A stretch of DNA of 64,000 nucleotides, taken from Lophium mytilinum (taxonomy: Eukaryota). Both the position numbers and the translations under genes were made by a program. Under the pieces are notes generated by a model. The model had not been told where the DNA came from. It saw only the letters and a program-made list of their open reading frames with translations, and made no database searches. Where the stretch lies: positions 372,001-436,000 of the forward strand of contig MU004200.1 of the NCBI GenBank assembly GCA_010093605.1. Reading direction: 5' to 3'. Shown in pieces: positions 1 through 14,181 of the stretch (its first letter is position 1; every line of letters starts with the position of its first letter).

Positions 1-1
1 C

Positions 2-823
2 AAGGCAACCAGCATCAACGACACGAAGCTTAAACCATTCGTTGCTGCCATGTATAAGGTTACCGCCCAAGAGATGGCTGCGGCATTGGTGGAGTGTGAT
101 AGCACCAAGCTTGTTGGGGGCCGCGAGGTGCCTGTGAGAGACAAGACAGTTCAGCACATGCCGCTCATGAGCTTCCCCTGGATCTTCGTGAACCAATTGG
201 GAGCGATTGTCAATCCGACCGTCATTAGAGCAGTACCAGCACCGGCTCAAGGACCTCGTCACCGCACGAAGAAACCGCATTCTCTCCTCTCCGACCTCTA
301 TACTACCCCAGGCGCGGTGCAGACTAAGGCTGGGATCGTTCAACCTGGAGAGATGCTGATGCTCTTCGACGATGAACTTGAGACTCATCCAAACGGATCC
401 AATGACCCTAAAGCTGGTGAGCATGCGGCTAAGATTGAGCGAGGCACCCAGGGCCCAGCCCTAGAGATGCAGCAACCGACGAACGAGTGTGCACAGACTT
501 ATAAAAAGGCAAGCCCGGTGGATCAGTCATCGGCAAGCCAGATTTTGGACAGTATCAACCAGTCTCAAGCGACCTCAGACGACACCAAGCCTATGGCCTT
601 GCCGTCTACTTCCGGCACTACGGCTATTCCCATAGTAGTCGCAGATCAGGTCGAGCACACACTTCCTACGCCTGACCTGTCTGCCCCAACATCCCCAGAA
701 ACAGCTCATTCTCCATCTGAAGGGGAGGATGAGGACGCGAATGAGGGCGAAGAGATATACATCGAGATGGATGATAAGCCCACGGCTTTGGAGGCTTTGA
801 ACAACTTGTTCATTGAGGACTAG
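2..823 (+). CDS. 3' part of an unknown protein, truncated by the window start; acidic, low-complexity C-terminus
   Basis: The frame is open from position 2 to the TAG at 823. No family motif recognised. Confidence 0.55.
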   Translation, partial: KATSINDTKLKPFVAAMYKVTAQEMAAALVECDSTKLVGGREVPVRDKTVQHMPLMSFPWIFVNQLGAIVNPTVIRAVPAPAQGPRHRTKKPHSLLSDLYTTPGAVQTKAGIVQPGEMLMLFDDELETHPNGSNDPKAGEHAAKIERGTQGPALEMQQPTNECAQTYKKASPVDQSSASQILDSINQSQATSDDTKPMALPSTSGTTAIPIVVADQVEHTLPTPDLSAPTSPETAHSPSEGEDEDANEGEEIYIEMDDKPTALEALNNLFIED

Positions 824-1844
824 TGCGGCTGGTCTGGTACGGATAGGCCTTTGATCACAATTTTCCTCGCAGGCTGTCGATGAGTCCGGAATGGAAGTTT
901 TTTTTTACGTTGCGGACGAGAGCTTATGGACAAAAGTGGTTCAGGCTTCTCAAAAGAGTCGAGTAACTTTATTGCTCATCTCGGACCTGAATGGCTATAG
1001 TTTCCTGCGATCACGAGCAACGAATCGGATGAAGTGGGTTTCTGATTTTGGAGACTGCAGGCATGGAATTATGGCAAAGCGTCTGAAATGAAGTCTAGAG
1101 AGCTTCATGCTTGATGCGTATCGACATTTGAGGTTCATGAGGAGCTTTCCGGTAGATAAAGACCTTCGAGGGATGCTAATCCCTTGAAGGTTATGAAAAA
1201 ATGATAGAAAAAAGTAGAAAAGCTGGGTCACCAATGCTTTGCTGTGAAGTCCGGGATCTTCCCTGAGAACATGCGAGAGAGAGACAAAGATGGTAGATCT
1301 GTAGATAGGATCGCTATGCTAAGCGGCCAGAATGCCTCGAGTGGACCATAGATAGTCATAGAGCATGAATTGAATACTCGTGAACAAACTCTTGGGATCC
1401 GGACCAGAGTAGAGTAGTATGCACATTAATGCTCTGATTGGTCGAATTCCGAGCACGTGATACTCACTCCAACTACTCTTTCTCTGTCCTTTTGTCTCCT
1501 CCTCTGCAACAGATTTGTGTACGCTCTTTCAATGCCGCCTGGAGTTTCACAAGTACCTCACAAGAACTTCAATCGAATCGTTTTGAGCGAATGGTTAAGT
1601 GGTCAGGGCGCCTCAGAATTTGCCATGAGGCTGCACCGAGGACAAATTTCTTCCCGTCAACTTGCCTGCCCGTTACTCCAATCACCCAAAGAGGAGCGAT
1701 TTCATACTTGACGCATCTTGAATTTCAGACCTTTGTCAGTCACTTTCCCGATAATACTGTGGATTGAGTATCTGATTAATTTTCGAGCACTACGCGCTCT
1801 CAAAAATATCTACTTTCATTCGTCCAACGTTTCTTCCACCCGAA

Positions 1845-3019
1845 ATGTCAACCTCCCGCATCCCACCAATCTTGGAGCAGTACACTCGAGCCCCAAGCGC
1901 GGGAGAGTTGGTACTGCTCACGAATGTGCTCGGCGCAGGGACGAACTGGCTTATTTCGCAGTTCTTGTGCGGTGCACTTGCGGAAGATCCAAGAAGGCGG
2001 GCAGGTGGTGCTGCTGCTCTTGGAGGTGGCCATGAAACAGATGCCGGAGAGGAAGAGAAGGGGGAGACTGCAGTCCTTCTTGTGAGCTGGATGCGGGATC
2101 TGGAGTTCTGGACGGCGGAGGGGAGGAAGGCGTGGGTATGTTCTCTCTTATATCTTCAGCGAATTCGAGGCTGAAATGCTCAATTCTGCACTCTTGCCTT
2201 TTTGCACACAGATTGCTAACTGGTATATAGGGTCTCGACCTCGCTCGATTGACGCCAAGGAAGCGGTTCACATTCATCGATGGGCTCACCGAGCTCTTCG
2301 TCTCTCCAGCGACTCCAAGCCAGCATCCGAATTCAAATCCAAACCCCCATCCCTCACCACTCCCAATCCGCTCAACCCGAACCATCACGCCCCGAGGCCC
2401 ACCCCCCTCAACCTCATCCCCGAACCCCATAGCTCGAAACCCACCCACACCACCAACCACCTCAGCCACGACCAAACTCACCTCCCCCTCCCTCCAGCAC
2501 ATCGAATCCACCATCCTCCACGCCATCTCCGCCCTCTCCACCACCGCCTCCCCAAAACGCATCCTCCTCATCCTAGACCATCCAGACCTGCTCCTCGCCA
2601 CCGGCGCCAGCTCCGCCGCCCCTTCTTCCCAGAGTACCCAGCACAGCATATCCGACACATCAACGGCCGTGGAACCGCTCCGCGCCATGATCCACACGCT
2701 CCGCCAGCACGTCCACGCTACTGTTGTCTCGCTGGCTGCGGATGCGCCGCTGGCTAACGGGGGAGGGGGCATGCCGCTGGAGACGAATCACGCGGCGTTG
2801 TTGGCTGGGATGGCGCATGTGGCGGATTTGGTGCTTAGTGTGAGGTTGCTGGATACGGGGTTTGCGAGGGATGTGAGTGGAGTTGTGAGAGTCTCGGGGG
2901 CAGCTGGGGAAGGGGAAGAGGGCGGAGCGGTGAGGGAGGTGTTGTACTATGTTGGGAAGGATGGGGTTGTGAAGGCGTTTGAGAGAGGTGGGGCGGGGGG
3001 TGTTGGGGAGGGAAGTTGA
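1845..3019 (+). CDS. ELP6: Elongator complex subunit 6 (2 exons; intron 2136-2230)
   Basis: Motifs LVLLTNVLGAGTNWL, FIDGLTELF, LDHPDLLL, LLDTGFARDVSG and EVLYYVGKDG. A GT..CTAAC..AG intron joins the two ORFs. Confidence 0.85.
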
Positions 3020-3450
3020 GGACGTTTTGTATTCATTAGAGGACCTCCTCTATTAGGAGAATTTGGTCGGAGGAGTGGTGGGATGTCTCCAAGGGGGTGT
3101 TTTAGAGGGTATCGTTGGCGTGCATCAAGGCTAGACTGGGCAAAGGGGGCAGATCCCCCATCATATAGAACGGAGCCAAGTCACAAAACTCATATATCAT
3201 GAAAAAGCTCCATTAGCGAATGCCCAAATGCCAGGTCAACATTCCATTGCACCACATGATTCTTCTCATAACGGAAAAAGACCCGGTGCCTCCCCAGACC
3301 AGTCCGAGTGGATTGTTTTTGGATACACTGTGGAGAAATCGCTCGAGCCAATACCCCGCAGCCACGATGCTGCCCCGGTCCCTCATCGCCAGTCCGACAT
3401 CATCGTCCATTGCCTACGCCGTCACCAATCCTTCCTTTCGTTCCGCACAT

Positions 3451-4188
<738 letters not shown>

Positions 4189-4226
4189 TCAAATCCACCC
4201 CCTCGCGACAATCACATACAGACGCC

Positions 4227-4924
4227 ATGGGTCACAGCGCTGGTCTCCGCGCGGGTACGCGATATGCGTTTTCCCGCTCCTTCAAAACCAAGGGCTACGT
4301 ACGGCTGCCTCCGAATTCGCGACGAAGTCCTCCCGTTAACGACATGTAGATCCCGCTTTCCACCTACCTACGGCAGTACAAGGTCGGCGACATCGTCGAT
4401 GTCGTTGCCAACGGTGCAGTTCAGGCACGTTAATTTCCACCCGGTAGCCTGCGGCCGTCTCAGGGCTGACAATTGAGCAGAAGGGCATGCCCTACAAGGT
4501 CTACCACGGCAAGACCGGCGTCGTCTACAATGTCACACGGTCGGCTGTTGGCGTGATTCTCTATAAGCAAGTCGGAAACCGCTACATGGAGAAGCGAGTG
4601 AAGTACGTGGAATCCGTTGAGATTGGGCTTTCTCGAAACTGACAGCCACCCACAGCCTCCGAATTGAGCACGTCCGCCTGTCCCGTTCGCGAGAGGATTT
4701 CCTCAAGGTACACCGCGCACCGTACTCGACCTAACGAGTCCTCATGCTAATACTACCGACAGCGCGTCAAGGAGAACAACGCGAAGATGAAGAAGGCCAA
4801 GACCGAGGGCGTCCACGTCCATCTCAAGCGTCTCCCCGTCCCCCCGCGGGAGGCAAGGACCGTCAGCACCAAGGGCAACATGCCGGAGAGCATCACGCCC
4901 ATCCCCTACGATACCAAGATCTGA
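4227..4924 (+). CDS. RPL21: 60S ribosomal protein L21 (eL21), 5 exons including one GC-AG intron
   Basis: Spliced product [17 protein letters not shown]...[35 protein letters not shown]...PIPYDTKI. Confidence 0.96.
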
Positions 4925-6254
4925 GCGTGTGTTGGTTGGGATTGCGGGTTTCGAAAAAGGATGGTTGTGGTTGCGGTTGTGGGGCATCTGGGTTCTCTCT
5001 GGCGCAACACTATCAAGTCCTTTCTGTACCTCAATCGATATAAGGATTAGGTTCAATTGGCATTTCTGGTCTTATTGCTTGCTTTGCTGGGTGAGAATGA
5101 AGAACGCACGGCGCCGATTCATAGTGACCATGAAGACCCGTCAGTTCTTCAGCGTGGAAGGGAGATATACTCTAGCTTTAGAGTGTTCCCAGCTAACGAC
5201 ATTGCCTAAGCGCGAAACCGCTCTCTCGGCCTTTGTCACTACACAGCCTCCTTTAATATCTCACGCATCTTCTAGGCCTTCAAAACGAGCTCGTTCGCCC
5301 CTTGATCGGACCCTCCTCAAATACACATGCCCTCCCGTTTACGCATCTTTACAGCCATAATGCAATTACTGGATCCTGTTTTGGCACAGTCAAGTCATTC
5401 CCTGTCTAATTCCCTTTTCCTATTTTGCGTATCTGGCAAAGCCCTTCGTGCAGTCATTCTTGCTTTGCGCGTTCGCTTTCTGCACCGAACAGGCTTGGCC
5501 GTAAGCGCACGTGAGGGATAAACTGGGATTCATGATCCCATGCCGGTTCCTAGTTCCAATGTTCGCACATCCCCTGCTGGCTGCAGCAGTGCCTAAGAAA
5601 AGTTAGGTCTTTGGGCCTATGGGGGTTTGGTGGTGTCACTGGGTGCGTAGAAGTAGCTATCACCGCTTGGAAGGCTTTGATGTTGTGCGTCATTTGAGGT
5701 GTTCTTATTATTAGAAAGGGGGCCACATCCGTGCTTTAAGTCGTTCAGATACCCAGATTCTGCTATGTCGGTTTACTAGCATACACACGTGCGGAATATA
5801 ATGCTGCCGGGAATGCTTCGGCGACTTCCTCAAGTGGTCGACTTGTGATGAGTTTTGAAGTGGCTAAAATTGAGATTCTGGAAAGGCGTTCGCGACCTGC
5901 GTCTGATTCGCGCCCTTCAATCCATGACATTACCACCAACTTTTTCTGCACATACGGGGTCCTCCCAATGGCGACGACTACTTGTCAAAATGGTTTGGCT
6001 TGATGTCTGATTCGCGTGGTGCCGTTTTTCACAGTGTGTATGGCCTTTTAGGGGTGTCTCACACTGTGTTAGCCCGCAAGATTAAGAAGCGCTTTCATGA
6101 CACATAAAGATTATGTCCTTTCCTCCTTGCGATAGCTTGCTGTCGGAAAAACAGATTTTGCTTTTCAAGGGATTCTAAATAGCCAGCCAAGTGTTCTTCT
6201 ATGCCCAACCCCAACCAGCGCTCTGCTACAGAGTCCGAAACCAAAACATCATGA

Positions 6255-8245
6255 TCAATTCACCCTCAAATACCTATCCCTCAACCCCTTCCAACTCCAC
6301 TCCCCAAACAACCCCTTCCTCCTCCCCTCCCCCGCACCCCTCCCACTCCCCCCCGTAAAAAACCCACTAACAAACTGCAACTCATACACCCTCCCCTCCC
6401 CGCCCTCCCCCGCAAGCTCCTCCAACGAGCGCCGCCTCGTCTCTGGCACGAGCAGCGTAGTCCCGATACCGCAGAACATGAAGAGCGCGAAGATCTGCAT
6501 GACGCCGTGCAGCCAGGGCGAAGGGTTGGCCGGCGTCGCGCCGCGCTTGACCATGGGCGCGAAGACGACCTGGGCCAGCATGGCGCCGATCTTGCCGCAG
6601 CCGGCGGATAGGCCGTGCGCGGTGGCGCGGACGCGCGTGGGGAAGACTTCGGCGGGCGTGATGAAGGTTGTTGCGTTAGGGCCTGGTGGGGAGGGGGGTT
6701 AGCAGGCGTGAGAGAAGGGCAGGGGAGGGTTGTATGTGGCGCGAGCACTTTCGATTGCTTCAAGAAGTAGTTTCAAAGGGGGCGTGTGGCAGCTTACCGA
6801 AGTTGAAGAAGAATTGGCAGAGGATGTAGAGAACGAGGAGGGATTTCTGGGATAGGCCGTTGAAGTTGAAGCCGATGACGCAGAAAAGGATGGTGAGGAC
6901 TGTGAAGCCGGCGAGCTGGATGGGTCGTCGTCCGAATATGTCTACGGTTGCTACTGTAAACCAGTATCCTGGGATTGCACCGGCGCAGATGAGGACTAGT
7001 TGGCCGACAGCAGCATTGTGGAGAAGCATGTAGATATTATCTTTCTTGTCAAATCCAATCGCAGACAGAACGCTAGAGTTATTGAGATTGATGCCGTAAA
7101 AGGCCACATCAAGGAGGAACCATGATCCTGCAGTCCCAAGGAGCTTCAAGGCATTGGAACGCTTGGTGAAGAACCTCCAGATCTCTAAAGGGCCGGGGCG
7201 AGGGGTGCGATACTTCAACATCTCGGCTTGCGCGCGAGCCTGGTGGAGTCTATCGATTTGAGCGCCTCCTTTTTTGCCTGATCGATATCTTCGGGCATCG
7301 GCAGAGGCTGTTTCAACGTCGTAGAGTACGTCGAAGGTGTATCGTGGAGTTTCGGGGATAGTGAGCCGGTAGTACAAGGCGAACCAGCCAGGAATGCTAC
7401 CGAACCCAATTATAATGCGCCACATTATATCTACAGCTCTTAGACAGTCTCCGTTACATTCTGAAACGGAGTGGACTGGTTCCAGGGTCTTTCTGTATGC
7501 GGTTGTAACAACAAGGGCTATAATCGCAGCTGCGAACTGACCGAAGCCTTGCATGGCAAAGACGGCTGCAACAATCGAGCCTCGCCATTTGGTGCTCGCA
7601 AATTCCGAGGTGATGACGCTTGATAGAGGGTAGTCTCCTCCAATTCCTGGAAGGTAATTTATGTATTAGTCCAGGGGGTGATATGCCAAAATTTTGAAGT
7701 GGTGAATACCTAATCCCATAAGCACCCTCCAGAAGATGAAGGCACCAACGAAGGACAAAGCGTTAGACGAAGCACAGAGAGCTTGCGCTACTGTAGCAGA
7801 AATAATGATGAGCAGCTCGATGCCATACATCCTCTTGCGCCCAAGTACGTCTGCCAAGTATCCAAAGAACATCTGCCCCGCCACAGCACCAGCAGACGTC
7901 GAGACTTTGATGGCAGTATCGGCGTTGTGTGGCATGACGCCGCCATTGGAATCCTGCCAGAAGACTATACCAAGCATTGCTGTTGCTAGATTGACGGCGA
8001 ACAACTATGAGCAATTAGAAGCAGCAACTACGAAGACTCAGATGAAAGTTGCACCTCACGCTATACGCGTCGGTAAAGAATCCTACGCCAGTCACTACAA
8101 TCAGGCGTAGATGGTACCATCCGAACGAGGCCTTGTCGATCTCTGCGAGGGCCATCCGCCGGCGCTCGTTCGGATCGATGATGTGGGAGTAGACGCCTGG
8201 GACATCGCGGTATGCCGAATTGCCAACGCGCTGGAAGGCTAACAT
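6255..8245 (-). CDS. PHO84: MFS phosphate:H+ symporter, Pho84-like (4 exons)
   Basis: Motifs GVGFFTDAY, GYLADVLGRKRMYG, GGDYPLSSVITSEFA, RLTIPETPRYT and FFFNFGPNATTFITPAEVFPTR. It may be a paralogue rather than the orthologue. Confidence 0.88.
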
Positions 8246-9747
8246 CGAAGAAATCGGCCCGGTAAAGAAGGCGATCGCGATAGATTGATGTTGAGATAGC
8301 TCAGGAAAAGCATCAAAGCTTAGCGTGAAGAGTGGGTATCAGTGCATCTTAGGAAGCCGGGTCGGCGGGCACCACATGGATATAGCTAAGAAGGAGCCGG
8401 GAGCCCGGGTGCGGCACGAGCCTCTGACACATTTGCTATTGCTTCTGTGGTCTCCTGAAGATGCTGGGCGCGCCATAAGGGATTTCGAAAGAGCTGGTGG
8501 GCGAAGGAACGGGAGTGATTGGTGCGAAGCTGGCTGGACATCCGTCGCAAGATAAGAAGACAATAGAGGGCAGTACGCCACGGACTTGGGAGGACGCGAC
8601 AGGGCAGCCCGAACATCTTTAATATCCTCTGGTAGCGGGCGCCATGAAGCCGTGCTCGAGGCGGCGCCCCTGATTGGTGGAGAGCGGGCAGGGAGGGCCT
8701 TATGATACTAGGGATGCTCGAGATGAAGAGGCCTAGGCGGGCAGAACTTCCAAGTGCACTAAATAATTACTTGGATGCTTAAGGTCTTTGGCATTACGAC
8801 ATGCTTGAGAGAATGCGGGCTGTAAGAGTCGGAGGTATGGTGCTCGAGGCCTGCCCTCAATCCCAGGGGTAACCATGTGCTTTCAACGCCAACAATCAGC
8901 CAACACCAGAGAACTTGAGAATATCTTACAAAGGTAGGTATGAATAACTTCCTGTTCCTGAGCAAGCTGACCACAGCGTACAAGAGACAGGATACGGAGG
9001 TTGTCAGGTGAATAGACCCTGGGCAGGTGGGCTTTTAACATATTCTGATAGAATATCGCAGGACCGACAATGCCCTGAGCGTGGGGGACAGAACCAACAC
9101 TGACGACTATATCCATCTTCCTCACACTCTGGCAGCATCTAGCTCCTGTTCACAGCAGTGAGAGGTCTGTGGTCTGGATGGGAGAAGGAAGTGGAACGTG
9201 ACGCGCGCCATCCCAAAAGGGAATACAAGTCCCGTCTTTCCGCAGATCGGTGCTATGCAGGGAATACTTCTTGACTCCCGTAGCGCCTCCAGCTGTGCGA
9301 TCAAGGACGAACCTCTCAGAAGCCGCCTCGCAGTCGCACCTCCAGCTGTTCATGCTTTTCGACTCGCGAGGACGTGTTTCCTCGGCGCCGTGGCCAGTCA
9401 GAGCCGACAACGTCGTCGATTGTCCAGACAACCCTTGGGAGAATGTCGGCCTGCAACAAGTGCGCCGACAACGGTCTGCCATGCTGGGAATAGCCATCCG
9501 CTGGACGAATGAGAGCCGCGCCGTTACCACACCCAATCTCGTTATCAGTGACGCCCGACTGATTGTGGTCGAGTTTCGTCGTCGTCGGCCCGGTTGGCGA
9601 CGGCTTCCCTATCATCAGAATACCTGCTTCGTTTCTCTTTCTTCTTCTTCATCATCATCACTACAATTCGTGTTACCTTTGGAGCTTCTTAGCCAGAAAG
9701 CAACTTGAATCATCCAGACAGCATCTTCCAAAGTCTTATATCACGGA

Positions 9748-11868
9748 ATGCCACGATCCGTCATCGCTGCAGCCAGCCCCGCTAAACCTGAAGGCCGAAA
9801 GAAGACCAAGTCTCGCAATGGCTGTCAACGCTGCAAGGTGAAGAGGGTATGACTTCATAGTGCTACTTACTTAGTTCCTTATATTGATGAATCTCTAGCT
9901 CAAATGTGATGAGACTAAACCTGGATGCATCAATTGCCGCAACAGAGACATCACGTGCCCAGGTTATGAGAAGTCGTTGAAATGGTCTACTAAGTACGAG
10001 TTGTTCCAGCCGGCCGATTTCGACCGCTCCAGGAAGCCAAAGAAGACTTCGGTCTACTGGAAACAGCCTCCTACGAGGCTGACTGAAATCGCACTCACTC
10101 CGGAAGTCCGCAGACACCTGGACGCATTTACGGCAACGCTACCAACAAAAGCCAGCCGGGAGACTACCCAGTGCGAGCGAATCCAAGAACTTGACGAGGG
10201 GGTTGAGGCAGACCAAAGCCATGATAGGCCTGAAGCCGACTCTAACGATTCTCTGAGCCCCCCTGACCCCGAAGAGGTCGACGAACCCCTCGGAGACACA
10301 GATGTAGATTTCCACCAGCTCGACCTAGATCTATTCGACTACCTCGATGCTGATGATCCGTTCGCATTCGAGTTCGAAACCGGAGATGACTGCCAGGAGC
10401 TTGCGATTCAGCGTGTGCAAGACAGAGGCGACTCCCGTCTGTCCAGATCTTTGCTTCTTGACTACTATCGTCTTCCCCCTAGCTCCAATACCCACACTAT
10501 GCTTGTAGAACATTATTTTAGCGACGTCTGTTCCTTATTTTCTTCTTTTGATTCCCCCTTGAATCCCTTCCGTGTAACTATTGCGCGCATCTGGGATAGT
10601 TCGCCATCAATCTACTACGCCATTCAGTCTATGGCTGCGGCGCAGCTCGCCAATACATTTCCCCAGATGACAGCCACTGGGCTAGAGATGCAGAAGAAAG
10701 CATACGAATGCCTCAACGAGGAGTTGCAGCTGGTAAACGACGGACATATCAAACGGGAGAGGATGTTACTCAGCATCTTGCTCCTGGGTCTCTCGACCAG
10801 TTGGCATGATAGTGGGGATCTTGGCCTCCACCATTTGACCGCAGCTAGATCTCTTATACTTCCCGGCCTACTCGAAGGAAGCAAATCTGACGATAAAGAT
10901 GTTCAACGCCAAGTCCAGTTTTTCGAAGAATCTCTAATCTACTGGTTAGTGTCCTTTCTACTTCTTACTCTCCCATGTTCTGACATTTCTCAAGGGAGAT
11001 GCTGATCGGGTTCGTGTCCGAGGACTCAATGAGCTTCTCTCCTAGAGCCAAACCCGTACCCAAGGAAGCCGCTTCATACAAGTCTTCCTCGGAGACTGTC
11101 AATGGCAAGTGTGTTCCGCACCCATGGACGGGCATTGCCCCAAAAGTACAGATGCTGTTTGCTGAAGTTGGCCGACTCGTTCGACGTGAGCGGACGTCGC
11201 TGCTTTCCATCTTTGATCCCGCAGACTCCAAAGAGCGGCTTGATTGCGCTGCCGTTTTGGAGGAAGAATTACTCACGGCCGAATACCCTCTGGAATACGA
11301 CCTTGTAGATCCTGGAGACCAGAAGACCCATAAGCACGACTTTGTTGTACTTGCCGAAGCCTATCGCTGCGCTGGTCTCCTAGAGATATATCGAGTGTTT
11401 CCATTCATCCTTCGGAAGCGCCTGGGACATGCTGAACCTACATGGGATCCTGACTTCAACTTCGAGTTTGAGTTCCCTAAACCACGATTCGAAACCAGGC
11501 ATGAAACCTCTGATGTCAATCTCTGGATCAGCTCTTTGGCACTGCATATTCTCGATACCCTGGAGTGTCTCCCACCGTCCTCTGGGACATCTTGTCTCCA
11601 GCCGATCCTTTTAGTAACCGCAGCCTCCGAGCTGAAACGCGTTTCTACTCTCGATTACTTCGACATTCACGCAAACGACCCGAAGATCATTCACACACGC
11701 GCATTCGTCGACAGAAGACTCAACGAATTCGCCATGAGACTGCCCGCCAAACCACTCCGAAGGATGCAGGAGCTCATTCAAGAAGTGTGGCGGCGACTGG
11801 ACGCTGGCGACGACGCCTTTTGGATGGACGTCATGATTGAGAAGGGGTGGCAGACTGTCATGGGATGA
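9748..11868 (+). CDS. Zn(II)2Cys6 transcription factor with a Fungal_trans_2-type C-terminal domain (3 exons)
   Basis: Spliced cluster KSRNGCQRCKVKR/LKCDETKPGCINCRNRDITCPGY. The C-terminus has VPHPWTG, AEAYRCAGLLEIYRVFP and WMDVMIEKGW. Confidence 0.88.
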
Positions 11869-12754
11869 AGTAATGTTGCAACGAATACGACGGCCTAGTA
11901 TTTGACGATCCAGACTTTCATGCTGAAGTGGATGCAAGACTTGATTCGAGACGAACGCGACACGACCGAGTATGCGATGTCATGCATGCATCCGCGCGAC
12001 TGAGAGCGAACAGGATGAGGACCTATGCGATCCCGCCCTAGCGAATTCCATGAATAGCGGCATGATGTTCTATGAAACGTCCTAGCTAGCTCCATGCGCC
12101 AGACAAAGTTCTAAGGGTTTCCGGTGTTCCGCTCCTTGTCCACTGCTGACGCTATCATGTAGGTCCCTACAAGCTGTCGCCTGCTACCATCTCCGAAAGG
12201 TTTGTTCGTTCTCCCATTGGACGTAAATGTCTTTCCCGCGTTCGGCCAAACATGCCACGTTTTGTAGGATCGCTTTTGTGCCCGCAAACTTCTACGACAG
12301 ATATCTGTTCTTTCGACGGGTATGTTGGGGTCGCAAACTCAACCTTTCTCCCAATGCTATCTCGATGCATCCGAGATCCGACTCCCTTCCTGATGGCATC
12401 ATCCACGCGCTGGCATATTTGCGTGAGTTAGTCCATTTATTTCATTTCATTCTTAAGACCGTTTGACTCAATATTCAACAACTTCCAAAAAGCGACGAAG
12501 AGCTGCCTGTCCCAGAAGTGCGGTGAACAAGATCACTTTCTATAGAATGCGGTTCCTTTGTAGATCATAGTAGTTGAGTGTACCAGCGCTTGGAAAGAAT
12601 GAATGCTATCCAACATAATATGAGCGAGTACGCACCGTGTAGCACGTGCCCCATTGAATCCCAAACTCCCGACTGAAGCACGAAACGCCCGGGTATAGCC
12701 TTCCCCCAAACCCTCAAAACCCAAACCCCGTCAGATCCATCCTCCTGTACGCCC

Positions 12755-13725
12755 TCAAACCTCCAACATCCCCTTCAACGCCGCCTCACTCGCCCTCAAC
12801 CACCTGCCCCGCTCCTCCAACTCATCCCCAATCCCACCCCCCTGTTCCCGTCTCCTCCTCGCTTCCACCGCGGCTGCTACCTTCGCCGTCTTCTGAGCTT
12901 CCAACGGCCGCAGCTCCGCCTCTATCCTCTCCAGCTCATGCGTTTTCCGCGGCACCGCCGTCTGCAGCCGCGCCAGTTCGGCGTCTAGCGCCGCCAGCTC
13001 CGCTTCTTTTGACTGGAGGAGCGATAGTGTTTCCGGGAGAGGTAGAGAAAGCGAGGGATTCGTAGGATGCGGCGCCTGCGCGTGTTTGAGGGACGCAATC
13101 GTAGACTCGAGGGTCGATATTTCGGCGGGGAGGGTCGCTAGGGAGACGGTGCGGAGCGTGACAGACTCGTAGCCTAGATACAAATACACATTAGCTTACC
13201 TTCATACTAAACTACCATGTTCATGTAGTTGGGGTGTTGTCGAGAGAAACGCACGTTTACTCAGATCCCTGCCCCGCGATTCCAGCTGTTTAATCAGCTC
13301 AGCGACCTCGACTTTCGCTGCTTTGAGCGCGGCTTTCGCGTCCGCGAGCTGGGCTTCCAGCGCCGCGTTCTCGGTGGCTTCGATGAAGAGCGGGGGGTTG
13401 TCGGTTATAGCGCGTAGGAATTTCTCTTTGGTGACTTGTTCGACGTAGGAGAAGCGGAGTTTGGAGAAGAGTTCCTGGTCAATTTATCAGTATAATCGGT
13501 AAAGGAGAGGACGGGGTAGTGGGTTACTTTGTAGTGTATCAGATCCGCCTCTAACCCTGCCGGCGTCGCGTTCTCGAATGCGTCGGCGGAGGTGTCGGAG
13601 ATGGCTGAGGTGCGCTTCTCAGCGTCCTGGGCACCGGAGGGGCGGATCGAGTCGGACAGCTCGATGAGTTTGAGGGGATGGCAGCTCTGGAGCTCTTTGA
13701 GCACGGTGGCTGTGTCGGAAGCCAT
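12755..13725 (-). CDS. Kinetochore protein Sos7/Kre28-like coiled-coil protein (3 exons)
   Basis: Spliced ADLIHYK/ELFSKLRFSYVEQVTKEKFLRAI; C-terminal coiled coil ending ELEERGRWLR. Confidence 0.75.
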
Positions 13726-14181
13726 CGTGTCTCTGGATTTGTCTAAATCTGGGGGTGTGGTGTTTGTTTACGAGGGATGGTGATAGTGGGATCTTATCGT
13801 CACCGCCTCCGGCAATATTATTTCGTGCAGGCGCGATGGCGCGAAGCAGGCTTCCTTGTATGAAAAGTGGCAGGCAGGCCATGAGTTTGTGAATTTATCC
13901 TACAATCTCATTCACTTATCAACGCTTTTCCCCTAGGCTTTTGTGCACTTGCATTGCCTAGCCCCGCCTGAGATCCTCTGGTATGTTACAAAAGATTGTG
14001 AATCGTCAAGTTTGACAAGGCTGAGACTGCACCAGGCCACCTCAGAAGGTCTTGGACTGCCACTTTACGTCCAAGGAAGCCTGCGAAGGAGGGACGGAGC
14101 GACGAATGTCGCTGCAGGCGATTGCGATTCACTGATTTACGGAAGCGTGGCTGCGCCACCTCCCTACCCTACTCTCCTACA

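Noticed and set aside
1951..2772. Long overlapping ORFs on ELP6, and similar ones on DERA, RPS9 and MED12
   Set aside because: They are alternative-frame or antisense shadows of recognised genes.
8246..9747. Pho4/NUC-1 CACGTG sites upstream of the PHO84-like gene
   Set aside because: By eye I found only one AACGTG (CACGTT) near 9195, which is not enough to call a regulatory site.
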